Below, in pieces: positions 9,045 through 17,995 of a stretch of 64,000 bases of DNA (its first letter is position 1; every line of letters starts with the position of its first letter). The notes under the pieces are model-generated. The model saw nothing but the letters and a program-made list of their open reading frames with translations. It did no database searches and was not told the DNA's origin. The DNA comes from an uncultured Pseudomonadales bacterium (GTDB lineage Bacteria > Patescibacteriota > Microgenomatia > UBA1400 > PJMF01). The position numbers were made by a program, and so were the translations under genes. Where the stretch lies: assembly GCA_964607285.1 (NCBI GenBank), contig CAZSJW010000001.1, forward strand, positions 134,716 through 198,715. The letters run 5' to 3'.

Positions 9045-10349
9045 ATGGCAAGTGAAAATGCAGGTCATACTAGCATAGGTTTTCAGAAACAGGATTTACC
9101 AGATTTCGATATTCCCAAGGACAATCTATTTGTCGTTCGACAGACCGACGCAGGGTCATATCTTAGTGGTTCTGAATCTGTATTGAATTTATCAAACAAA
9201 GCAGCTGTTGAGAATTTGATGTCTTGTTATTCTTCACTTTTTGATGAGAATGTGCAAGTTGATACGACAGACCTTTCGGTATTTGTAGATTCAGCCAACG
9301 AAAACGGCTGCACAGTTAGATTTATAGAAGCTGGAAATGATAAAGCGATTGTGTATTTTAACAAGAATTATGCTGAGATAATTGCATCAGATCAAAAATT
9401 GTTTAGCAAGATTAGCAGTAGAGACAGACATAGAGTTTCAAATTTGAATAGGGGTATCACTGCAAAAAATTGGAAAGAATTCGGTAATGAGAAGTTGTCA
9501 TTCTCAGAGTCTGAGATAGCATCACTTGCAGAAGAAGTTGTCAAACAATTAGACCGAAATTCTGACCCCGAGTTAAGCGAGGAACGATTGTTGATTCATG
9601 AGCAAAGTCATTTAGTGGATAGAAATAGAAATGTTCGTGGAATTTCTGTTGTTGCAAAAATCAATAGTTTAAATGCCGAGCTTGACCAGATTAAAACAGC
9701 TTTGCTTGATTCAACCTCTGATGAATCAAATTTAAATTATGAAAAACAAGAGGTGATATCGCGAATTCGGGAAATTATGAGACACATGATGCTAATGCTT
9801 TCCATGATGGAAGCAGAATCCATGCTACATGAAACTTTTGGTAGGGTTGTAGAGTCGCCAAACACATATTTCCATGGACAAATGTTGCTGAGAATTGGGG
9901 AAGTTCTGGGCGAGCTGAAATCAAAAGAGGGTCAGGTATCCGATTTTGAGTATGACATTCGCAATCTTTTTTACGGCGAAAACGATGGATTTGCTTCTAG
10001 TCAGCATGCATTAGGAGCCGTAATTCTTATCTTGGGAGAAAAAGTATTTAAGAGGGATGGGAGCGGTGAAATTGATTTCGAATCCTTACTCCCGGAAGAT
10101 ATGAGAGCACATTCAGTAATGGAAAAGGCGAACTACATTGGTGCAGTTGTTCTCAAAAAAATTGCGGAAATAACTATTCACCACGATGAGTATGTTAACG
10201 AAGTAATCAGTAGTGATTTCAAGTCAAAGCTTGTAGAACAAATTGGTTTATTGCGAGCTTCTACTTTAAAAAAGATTGCTGAACTAAAGCATGGTTATGC
10301 TGAAATACTAAGTAGTCAACATTTTTCGAAGGATGACCAACTTATTTAA
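9045..10349 (+). CDS. Hypothetical protein with HExxH motif (possible zinc metallopeptidase)
   Basis: 434 aa; LLIHEQSHLVD plus downstream MMEAES. Confidence 0.6.
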   Translation: MASENAGHTSIGFQKQDLPDFDIPKDNLFVVRQTDAGSYLSGSESVLNLSNKAAVENLMSCYSSLFDENVQVDTTDLSVFVDSANENGCTVRFIEAGNDKAIVYFNKNYAEIIASDQKLFSKISSRDRHRVSNLNRGITAKNWKEFGNEKLSFSESEIASLAEEVVKQLDRNSDPELSEERLLIHEQSHLVDRNRNVRGISVVAKINSLNAELDQIKTALLDSTSDESNLNYEKQEVISRIREIMRHMMLMLSMMEAESMLHETFGRVVESPNTYFHGQMLLRIGEVLGELKSKEGQVSDFEYDIRNLFYGENDGFASSQHALGAVILILGEKVFKRDGSGEIDFESLLPEDMRAHSVMEKANYIGAVVLKKIAEITIHHDEYVNEVISSDFKSKLVEQIGLLRASTLKKIAELKHGYAEILSSQHFSKDDQLI

Positions 10350-10577
10350 AGAGTCTCAAATTCGTGCTATTGATTCGCTGTTAAGTAACAGTCTTGGAAC
10401 TCATAGTGCCACCATGCAACCTGAAGATTTTATGAAACAGTTTATTTCAGCCTTCTCAGAATAATATTGCATTCCCATTTAGCAGTCGCAAAGTTGTGAT
10501 AACATTTTTCGATATGTACAGAAAAAAAGTAATTTCTCTCGTTGCATTGGATTTCGTTTCACTGCTATTATCAAATA

Positions 10578-11207
10578 ATGACTAACGAACTTGTGAATTC
10601 AGCAACGTCGGCTTTAGACACATCAACTAGAACAATTAATACACTAACCAGAACAGTAGGAAGCACACTTGCGGTGCCTATGAATCGGTTTTTAGTTCAG
10701 TTAGATGAGAATGAAGCTAGACAACTCGAGATTGCTACTACGCACGCGCACGCGGTGAGACAAACTGCGCAGCGTTCGCTATTGAATACGGACGGCGGAT
10801 TTTCAGAAGTTACTCAAACTGCACAACAGCAGCGATTTAATTCTACTACTTTTACATTGTCGGATATTCTGACACAGGGTGATGAAAAAACTGAAACAAC
10901 AAAAACGGATAAGATGTGGGGATTCTTCGTAACGCACCGCCGTTCAACTCAATCAGGAAATAAAATTTTTAATCAAATGCAGAATGAGACTCAACGAGCG
11001 GAATCTTCAAGTAACCTTGCAGGTACAACAGGGTCTACTAAAGACCGTTTTGCCAAAATGGGTAGATCTCTAACACCGGAGTCGGTTGCTCAGGTATGTC
11101 GTTCATATGAAATTGCATTAGATCAAGGGGCTTCGTTTAACCCATTCGAGACAAAGAAATTGATGTCAGAAAGACTTAGTTTTTTGCAGTCGGTTCGCAG
11201 TAGCTAG
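10578..11207 (+). CDS. Hypothetical Thr/Ser/Gln-rich protein
   Basis: Start set at ATG 10578, 6 nt after TG-C-TATTAT. Confidence 0.7.
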   Translation: MTNELVNSATSALDTSTRTINTLTRTVGSTLAVPMNRFLVQLDENEARQLEIATTHAHAVRQTAQRSLLNTDGGFSEVTQTAQQQRFNSTTFTLSDILTQGDEKTETTKTDKMWGFFVTHRRSTQSGNKIFNQMQNETQRAESSSNLAGTTGSTKDRFAKMGRSLTPESVAQVCRSYEIALDQGASFNPFETKKLMSERLSFLQSVRSS

Positions 11208-11220
11208 TAGTGCTTATGAG

Positions 11221-13056
11221 ATGTCGACAATTGGTCTTCAAAGGATGCAAGAGGGATTACCAGAAGAAACGCTGAATAGAGCTGAAGTAGATAGGCAGCA
11301 GCTGGTTTTACTCTACATGGAGATTGGTCTCCAAGAATTCATACAGGGCTTTGATTTGTTACTCGAAAGTGCTTCAGTACATGATTCAGCACAGCAATTG
11401 ATGACTTTAGTCAACTTGGCTTATGAATTTAATCAGGAGTTTGGTAAAAAATTGTTGACACGCTGGGCTGAAAAGTTGCCAGATCAACTTCCAGAGGTTA
11501 ACTGCGCATTTTTTATTGCTTACTCTCAGATGTTTAAGAATGGAGTTTCGAGCAATTGGTTGCCAGAGACACAGAGAGAATTTCTTGATGGAATGAGTTT
11601 CATACTTCCCACATTGCTGAATCATGATGCTCCAGCAATTGTTATAAGTACACTAAAAAAATTTCTCCTCGATATTTTCATGAGTGATGGAAATAATGCA
11701 GCCAAAGTGAGACTTTATGAGGTATATGTTGAACAACATGCAGAAGAATTGGGAGCTGTAATTAAATTAATATTTGATACACAAGTTAAGTTGCCCAGTG
11801 AAGTTGTACATAAATTGTTACCGACAGTTTCAACAGAACTATCAGCAAAGAACTCATCTACAGAAAAGGCAGCATTACTGATTGGAAACACAAAAGATGC
11901 AGTAGATATTGTGAATTATTTGAGGAATCTAGTAACAGATTCTCAAGAGTTGGCTTCAGTGGAATATCAATTGATTGTGGCTCTTGTGAAGCGATTTGGT
12001 GAGAATGAGTGGAAAATTCCAAATACTCGATTTTATCGAGCTGGATTCTCAACCGATGAAGCACCAGTGCTAATGAAACTTGTCAAAGAAGGTTTTTCGC
12101 CGATTCTTTTAACTGTAAAGGGATATACTAATATTGCAAACGAGTTGAGCTGGATTAAAGAAAGTTTCATATTACAAAATCAATCTGTACAATTGACTCT
12201 TGATCCTCGGTTGCCCCAATCGTATGAATCATTTCGCGAGACCGGATATGCAAGACAAGTGTTTCCTGATTTACATTGGCTAGAAGAGTTTATAAAATGC
12301 TATGAATTAATTGAACAAGATCCAGTTCAAGTAGAGAATAATCTTTCTGAGGCTATTCAAATATTGACTGAGTGGTGGGGTTCAAGGAGTGCTGCACTCA
12401 TGTTTGATATATATTTGAGAAGTGTGAATGCTGATGCACTGAGCAGCTTTAAGCGTATTGTAGCAGGATTGCGGCAGATACATGGTCAAGAGTTGCAGCG
12501 TGGACTAATTGAAGCAATCGATAAAAGATTTTTAGCAGATCAGTTGCAAGAACTATCACATTTTGAAGCTCTTTTAGTTCAATCAGTTTCAGAACTTAAG
12601 AGCATCAAACTTGGATTTCTTGAACGAAGAATGCGCAAACAGATTGATGCAATTGTCGTACAAGCTGAAGGTATTATTTCTGAGATAAATGATTTAAAAA
12701 ATAACATCGATAATACAACAGTATCGCTTGAAGGAGCATATGCTCTGTGGAAAAATGTTGTAAAGATGAGCAGAGAATTTAAACAGATATTTGTTGATCG
12801 TTCTTCTAGGCTGCATAGCATGCGAGAAGTATTAACAGCTAGTAGACTCACGACAGAAAACCGAGAACGTCTTTATACTGCATATCAGAGAATTTCTCAG
12901 CTTGCTAGTTACGAAGCAGATAGAACTGAAGTTGGTGCAATAACTGGATATAAAATAACCAAGTTACCCGCACCATTGACTTTTTTTCAAAAAATGACCG
13001 AAGGTAGAATCCATATTCTACAACACCTCACAGCAAGTACGAATCCTACGATCTAA
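11221..13056 (+). CDS. Hypothetical alpha-helical protein with C-terminal coiled-coil character
   Basis: 611-aa ORF 13 nt after the previous gene; Leu/Glu-rich; no catalytic motif recognised. Confidence 0.75.
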   Translation: MSTIGLQRMQEGLPEETLNRAEVDRQQLVLLYMEIGLQEFIQGFDLLLESASVHDSAQQLMTLVNLAYEFNQEFGKKLLTRWAEKLPDQLPEVNCAFFIAYSQMFKNGVSSNWLPETQREFLDGMSFILPTLLNHDAPAIVISTLKKFLLDIFMSDGNNAAKVRLYEVYVEQHAEELGAVIKLIFDTQVKLPSEVVHKLLPTVSTELSAKNSSTEKAALLIGNTKDAVDIVNYLRNLVTDSQELASVEYQLIVALVKRFGENEWKIPNTRFYRAGFSTDEAPVLMKLVKEGFSPILLTVKGYTNIANELSWIKESFILQNQSVQLTLDPRLPQSYESFRETGYARQVFPDLHWLEEFIKCYELIEQDPVQVENNLSEAIQILTEWWGSRSAALMFDIYLRSVNADALSSFKRIVAGLRQIHGQELQRGLIEAIDKRFLADQLQELSHFEALLVQSVSELKSIKLGFLERRMRKQIDAIVVQAEGIISEINDLKNNIDNTTVSLEGAYALWKNVVKMSREFKQIFVDRSSRLHSMREVLTASRLTTENRERLYTAYQRISQLASYEADRTEVGAITGYKITKLPAPLTFFQKMTEGRIHILQHLTASTNPTI

Positions 13057-13095
13057 GAAAATGTGTATTAGCTAAAATCCTAATAGGATATTACA

Positions 13096-13935
13096 ATGAT
13101 TTCACAGGAACCTCTGTCTAATCCTCTCAAAGAATCCGATATAACTAATAGAGCTGAATTGCAGTCCATATTGAGAATTTTACCTCCAGATTTATCAGAA
13201 CGCATTCAGATAACTTTTCCGCAACCCGAACTATTTGTTTCACAAATTATTATTGGAATGAGGAAAATTATTCGTTTCTATGAATCGAAGGAAGACGTTA
13301 ATAATGCTCGTTTATCAGCTGCATTGCTAGACTCTTTGAAAAAGGAGTTCAGGACTCTCTCACCTCGAGAGTTTAGAGACAACTTATTTTTAAGGAGCAC
13401 TATAGCAGTTGCAACAATTTCCTTCATCTTCGCTTTGATTTCTGGTGATGTAAGTGATTTAGAAACAAAAGTTCTGGGAGTTGAATTACTTGTGCTTGCT
13501 ATTTCGTATTTTAATTTTATTTATAATAAGCCACGCTCAGTAAGTGCTGTCACACTTTTCAGAAATGCACTGCAAAATAATGAATAGGATGTAAGCGAAA
13601 GAAATCTAATATTTGCTGTTTATGCAATCTTATAATTAGTGGCAGCAACTGCAATAATTCCTTGGAATCGAATTTGCAATTGTTGAAAACTCTGGCGAAA
13701 TGGATCCTCTAAGAGATTGCTTAAGAATGTCTGATTATTAAGAATGTCTGATTATAAGGAAAATTATAGTGCTTTGTATGAAAATGACAAAACAGGATTG
13801 ATAATCATGGTCAGTTCCCGACAGATATTTGAAACCCTGAGCACTGGTCAAGCAAAAAAATAGGTGAAGAATTATCCAAAACTTCCATACTTGGTATTCC
13901 AGAGTGGGTGCTGCCACAACAGGCCTAGCCTATAG
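13096..13935 (+). pseudogene. Decayed membrane protein gene (open to 13587)
   Basis: After TAG 13585-13587 the frame continues DVSERNLIFAVYAIL*LVAATAIIPW (hydrophobic helix with TAA 13633-13635), then a 17-bp duplication and further stops. Confidence 0.55.
13721..13754 (+). repeat. Perfect 17-bp tandem duplication TTAAGAATGTCTGATTA x2
   Basis: Read directly from the sequence. Confidence 0.95.
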
Positions 13936-13968
13936 GCAACATTAAATTCAACTAGTACAATTTCAGGT

Positions 13969-14700
13969 GTGCAACTTCGCTTCGATCAGTATGTAAGTCT
14001 TACCCTACTTTGTGGCGCCCTACTGCTTTCTGGCCTAAGCCAGCCAATAAGTGCATCGCAAGAACCCGGTTCAGTATTTCTGTTGGAAAAACCAGAAATC
14101 ACGATCCCAATCACCGACTCAACCGTGGCAGAACCAGAAATAACCGCCACCTCTGCAATCGTCATAGACGAACAATCTGCAGTAACGCTCTTTGATAAAA
14201 ACTCTCAACAGCAATTTTCCCCAGCCTCCACCACCAAACTAATGACCGCCTTAGTCGCCAGGTCAATTTTTGAGCTAGACATGGCGTTATCAGTTCCCAG
14301 CATTGTCAGCGCCCTTGACGGCACCCGCATGGGGTTAGTCCCAGGTGAGCGACTATCTGTGCAAGCACTGCTCAAAGGAGCGTTAATGCAGTCTGGAAAC
14401 GATGCAGCTATAACGCTAGCTAGTGCACACCCCGCAGGTATAGACGGTTTTATCTTAGATATGAACTTATTAGCAAAGATCTATCATCTAGATCACACCT
14501 CATTCAAAAACCCAATAGGCTACGATGCACCAGAGAATTTTTCGACAGCAAGAGATCTTGCATTGTTAGCCAGATAAACAATGCAAGATCCAGTACTGCG
14601 CAAGATCGTTGGCACAACCGAAGAAGCGGGTGAAGTTCTCATAACTCAATTTATGCTAGGAAATCAATCTATTTTGGTTTTAGTCATGGGAAGTAAAGAT
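13969..14700 (+). pseudogene. Truncated D-Ala-D-Ala carboxypeptidase (S11) paralogue
   Basis: STTK and SGN are present. TAA at 14575-14577 where the intact copy has GAA; a 36-codon deletion removes KTG; the sequence ends abruptly at VMGSKD, fused to the aspS fragment. Confidence 0.93.
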
Positions 14701-14897
14701 TTGAAGTTGGCACTCCCCCACACGGTGGTATTGCTCTAGGTCTAGATCGATTGGTGATGCTTTTGGCTGGTGAAACCTCGCTGCGAGAAGTTATTGCGTT
14801 TCCAATGTCCTCTAGTGGTCGGACTGCGGTGATGGACGCGCCGAGTCTGGTTAGTTCGGCGTTGCTGAAGGAGTTGCATTTATCGATCAAGCAGTAA
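14700..14897 (+). pseudogene. aspS: Orphan 3' fragment of aspS (right copy of the 198-bp repeat)
   Basis: Translates [65 protein letters not shown], with no start or upstream aspS sequence. Confidence 0.95.
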
Positions 14898-15097
14898 CTT
14901 ATTCAGTCTATAGCAATTATTAAACGTGATCCAGTAATCTACCTCTAATCTAGCGTTGCAAAATTGGGGTGAAACAAATAATGCCCAAGGAGACAAATCG
15001 TTACTATGAAAAATACTTGTGGACAGTACAGATAGTAATTGTTATGTTTTGGGTTTATACTATTCTTAATGCAGTAAATTTTTGGAAAAAGGACAAA

Positions 15098-15656
15098 ATG
15101 AACAATCCAGATACTGATTTAAGTCCTGACATAGAAACAATATTGCACCAGTATCAAGAAATGAGCCAACTTGGTGAGAGAAAAAAAATTTGTGGATTTC
15201 TTCAGTCAAGCTGAAGAAGGGCTCAAAGAGAAACTGACTGCACATTTAGAAGAATCAGACCCAAGAGAAACTGCGGTGATTACATTCATGTCCACATTAG
15301 TTCAGTTCGTGAAAAAAACAGGACTAACAGTCAGTTTCCCAGGGACTGGTAGCCGCTTTTACGAAAATAATCACCAACCAGAGGATGATGATTTATGGGA
15401 AGAGGCAGTGAAACCTTTTCTCAATAAACAAACCTTTTTAGACATGGAATATATTGTAGTAAATAGAAAAAGTGCTGCTAAAATGAAGGATCAAGTATCT
15501 GGGAATAGGAGCTTTACATTTTTGTCAGCCGATGTCGACTTGTTTATACTGTTCCCAACAGGTAGAATTTCTGGTGTATTGAGCACAGAACAAACAAGTA
15601 AGCTCTATGTCTTGCTCACGTCTGCAGGTATTGTGGGAGCAAGTGCTTGGTACTAG
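15098..15656 (+). pseudogene. Hypothetical gene split by a frameshift in an A8 run (15181-15188)
   Basis: AAGGA SD and ATG 15098 give MNNPDTD...GERKK; removing one A joins this to FVDFFSQAEE... (ORF 15171-15656). Confidence 0.6.
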
Positions 15657-15702
15657 AGCAGCAAGTTTCTGTGTTGAAATAATCAACAATTCTTTCCTCA
15701 GC

Positions 15703-15731
15703 TTGACTTGAGAACTCTGCCAAATCATACT
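15703..15731 (+). promoter_or_regulatory. sigma70-type promoter TTGACT-N17-CATACT
   Basis: Counterpart of 7277-7305. Confidence 0.7.
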
Positions 15732-15763
15732 CCACTGTGGACACACATTTTGTGTGCGTGATT

Positions 15764-16966
15764 ATGGAGTCCGAACAACAGCTAAAACAAGAACAAAAAT
15801 CTGCATATAGCCTCTTGGAGCAGTATGCGAGTGAGATGCGTTCTATGCTTTTCTCGCTGAAGCATGTAGCACGGCAACTTGGCATTTTTTCAAAATTAAG
15901 CACCCGACAATACGATGAGTTCACCAGGGATGTGCAACCAACTCAGCAACTAGAAAAAGTACGAGATCTTCAGCAGATTCTTGCAGGTAAAACCTTGACA
16001 ATTAATGAGGAACTGCGTTTTTCACAATTGAGGATCGAGTTGTTTCGACTTGAATCAGCACTGCAGGATTGTAGAGATATCATCAACCAAAAGTATTTAC
16101 AGTCTCAGACTGCTATTGTGCAGGGGTTTAGGTATGTGAGAAAGGCTGATGCGGTTTCTGTACGTGCTACTGAGTCTCAGCTTGTCACTTTGCGTTCTGC
16201 AGCAACTGTCGGCGCAGTTTTTGAAGTGATGACAGAGTTGGAGCGGCTTGGTTGGGAGTTTCCTGGTGCTGTTGTGTCTGCAAGAACAGTAGATGGAGAT
16301 GGGTTGCTACGGCTCAGTTCAGAAAAACCAGCGTCAGTCCAAACTGAATGCTCACAGTTTGTTACAGGATGCATAAATCAAACTGTGACTGGATATCAGC
16401 ATGAACTGCCATTTAGACATCTAATGAGCGATTGGGTTCGTACTTATTTTAAAAAAATTCAAAGCGTTCTGATCGAGCATTATGCAGCAGTAAACTCAAT
16501 ATCAGGCACTGTTTTTGCGTCTGAGACTAACAGAGAGTTACTGACAGTGTTGGAATCACAGATAGTAGTGCCAGATGATGCAGGGTTGCAGAAGGGTACA
16601 CCCTTTCTTGAAACCAAAGAAATGTTGCAGAGATTGGGACCTACATTTTCGAAGCTGAGAGAGGAGATCATAGCAGAAGTTCTTGAAGCGCAGCAAATAC
16701 TTTCAAGAATACAATACGCAGACTCAACGGAGAATATATTGCAGCATATCTTGCTGCTTACACCAAAATTTAAAATTCAAGAAACTGCTTTTAAAAACTA
16801 TGTTAATGGTTTGCAGCCACATGAGTTACTGTTAAAGGTTTCCCGAATAGAGTTGTTTGGAAACCGTAAAGACGATGCGTTTGGTGTGCTCTATGAAAAA
16901 TATGTTTCTGTCCCTAAAAAAGAGAGAAGCTTAAACGAACATGCCAAGTTACTAAAATCTTACTGA
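15764..16966 (+). CDS. Hypothetical helical protein (intact geneX)
   Basis: 400-aa ORF from ATG 15764, which aligns with the start of the paralogue at 7340. Confidence 0.85.
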   Translation: MESEQQLKQEQKSAYSLLEQYASEMRSMLFSLKHVARQLGIFSKLSTRQYDEFTRDVQPTQQLEKVRDLQQILAGKTLTINEELRFSQLRIELFRLESALQDCRDIINQKYLQSQTAIVQGFRYVRKADAVSVRATESQLVTLRSAATVGAVFEVMTELERLGWEFPGAVVSARTVDGDGLLRLSSEKPASVQTECSQFVTGCINQTVTGYQHELPFRHLMSDWVRTYFKKIQSVLIEHYAAVNSISGTVFASETNRELLTVLESQIVVPDDAGLQKGTPFLETKEMLQRLGPTFSKLREEIIAEVLEAQQILSRIQYADSTENILQHILLLTPKFKIQETAFKNYVNGLQPHELLLKVSRIELFGNRKDDAFGVLYEKYVSVPKKERSLNEHAKLLKSY

Positions 16967-17035
16967 TTGTGGAACATAAACCAGCACAGATGTAGTATTA
17001 TGAGAACAAACGTACATATCAACTAGATAAACAGT

Positions 17036-17962
17036 GTGTCACTTCGGCCAGATCAATATATTTCCATTGCTGCCATTAGCGTTGTCTTAGTGGTAGTGGG
17101 AGTTATCAGGCCAGTTGGAGCAGCTGATACATCTAGGACGTTTCTGTTGATCGAGAAATCTGAATTTGTGTTGCCTGTTATTGACCCAACAGTTGTGCAG
17201 CCACAAGTAAGTGCTGCTGCAGCGATTGTAATCGATGAGCAATCTGCCGTTACTTTGTACGAAAAAAATGCTACTGTCCAGTTTCCACCAGCTTCGACAA
17301 CCAAGTTACTAACAGCACTTGTAGCTCGATCAATGTATGAATTGGACGCTGTACTCACTGTCCCAACACTGGTAACCGCACTGGATGGAACAAGAATGGG
17401 ACTTGTTCCAGGAGAAAAACTTCCCGTTTCAGCACTGCTGCAGGGAGCACTCATTCAGTCTGGTAATGATGCAGCCTTAACACTGGCAGCAGCACATCCA
17501 GCTGGTGTTGGAGGGTTTGTATCAGAAATGAACTCGAAGGCAGATTTTCTACATCTCACTCAATCAAATTTTACTAACCCAATTGGGTATGATGCACCTG
17601 GACAGTTGGTTACGCCAAGAGATCTGGCATTGTTAGCCAGAGAAGTAATGAAAGACCCTGTGCTCAGAAAAATAGTTGGCACTGCTAAGGTTCAGGTATC
17701 AGATACTAAAGGGGCGATTACCCATGACCTTGTGACTACACACAAACTTTTAGGTGTAGATCCCACTGTGATTGGTATAAAAACAGGTACAACTGAAGAA
17801 GCTGGAGAGGTATTGATCACTCAGTTCAAGAGAGATGCTCAATCCATATTGATTGTGATTATGGGTAGTGATGACCGCTACAAAGATACACAAGAGCTAA
17901 TTGAGTATGTAAGAACTGCGGTACATTGGGAAACAGTATTTAGCGTACCAGAAGCCCGATAG
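17036..17962 (+). CDS. D-alanyl-D-alanine carboxypeptidase, peptidase S11
   Basis: N-terminal TM; PASTTK (SxxK), SGN and KTG motifs. Confidence 0.93.
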   Translation: MSLRPDQYISIAAISVVLVVVGVIRPVGAADTSRTFLLIEKSEFVLPVIDPTVVQPQVSAAAAIVIDEQSAVTLYEKNATVQFPPASTTKLLTALVARSMYELDAVLTVPTLVTALDGTRMGLVPGEKLPVSALLQGALIQSGNDAALTLAAAHPAGVGGFVSEMNSKADFLHLTQSNFTNPIGYDAPGQLVTPRDLALLAREVMKDPVLRKIVGTAKVQVSDTKGAITHDLVTTHKLLGVDPTVIGIKTGTTEEAGEVLITQFKRDAQSILIVIMGSDDRYKDTQELIEYVRTAVHWETVFSVPEAR

Positions 17963-17995
17963 TTTGGGTACTTGTGTGATACCATAAAGGGACAT

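Noticed and set aside
13721-13754. CRISPR array or iteron
   Set aside because: Only two abutting 17-bp units, no spacers, and no cas or rep gene.
7061-14897. Prophage, ICE or integron with aspS attL/attR sites
   Set aside because: No integrase, transposase, phage or conjugation gene and no attC-like repeats. The flanking repeats are only about 80% identical, and the block also duplicates two downstream chromosomal genes.
14969-15097. N-terminal TM segment of ORF 14969-15214
   Set aside because: Better explained as promoter region (TATACT near 15056, AAGGA SD) for ATG 15098.
7061-17962. Diversity-generating retroelement template/variable repeat pair
   Set aside because: Differences between copies are mostly third-position changes of all base types, not adenine-specific, and there is no reverse transcriptase in the window.
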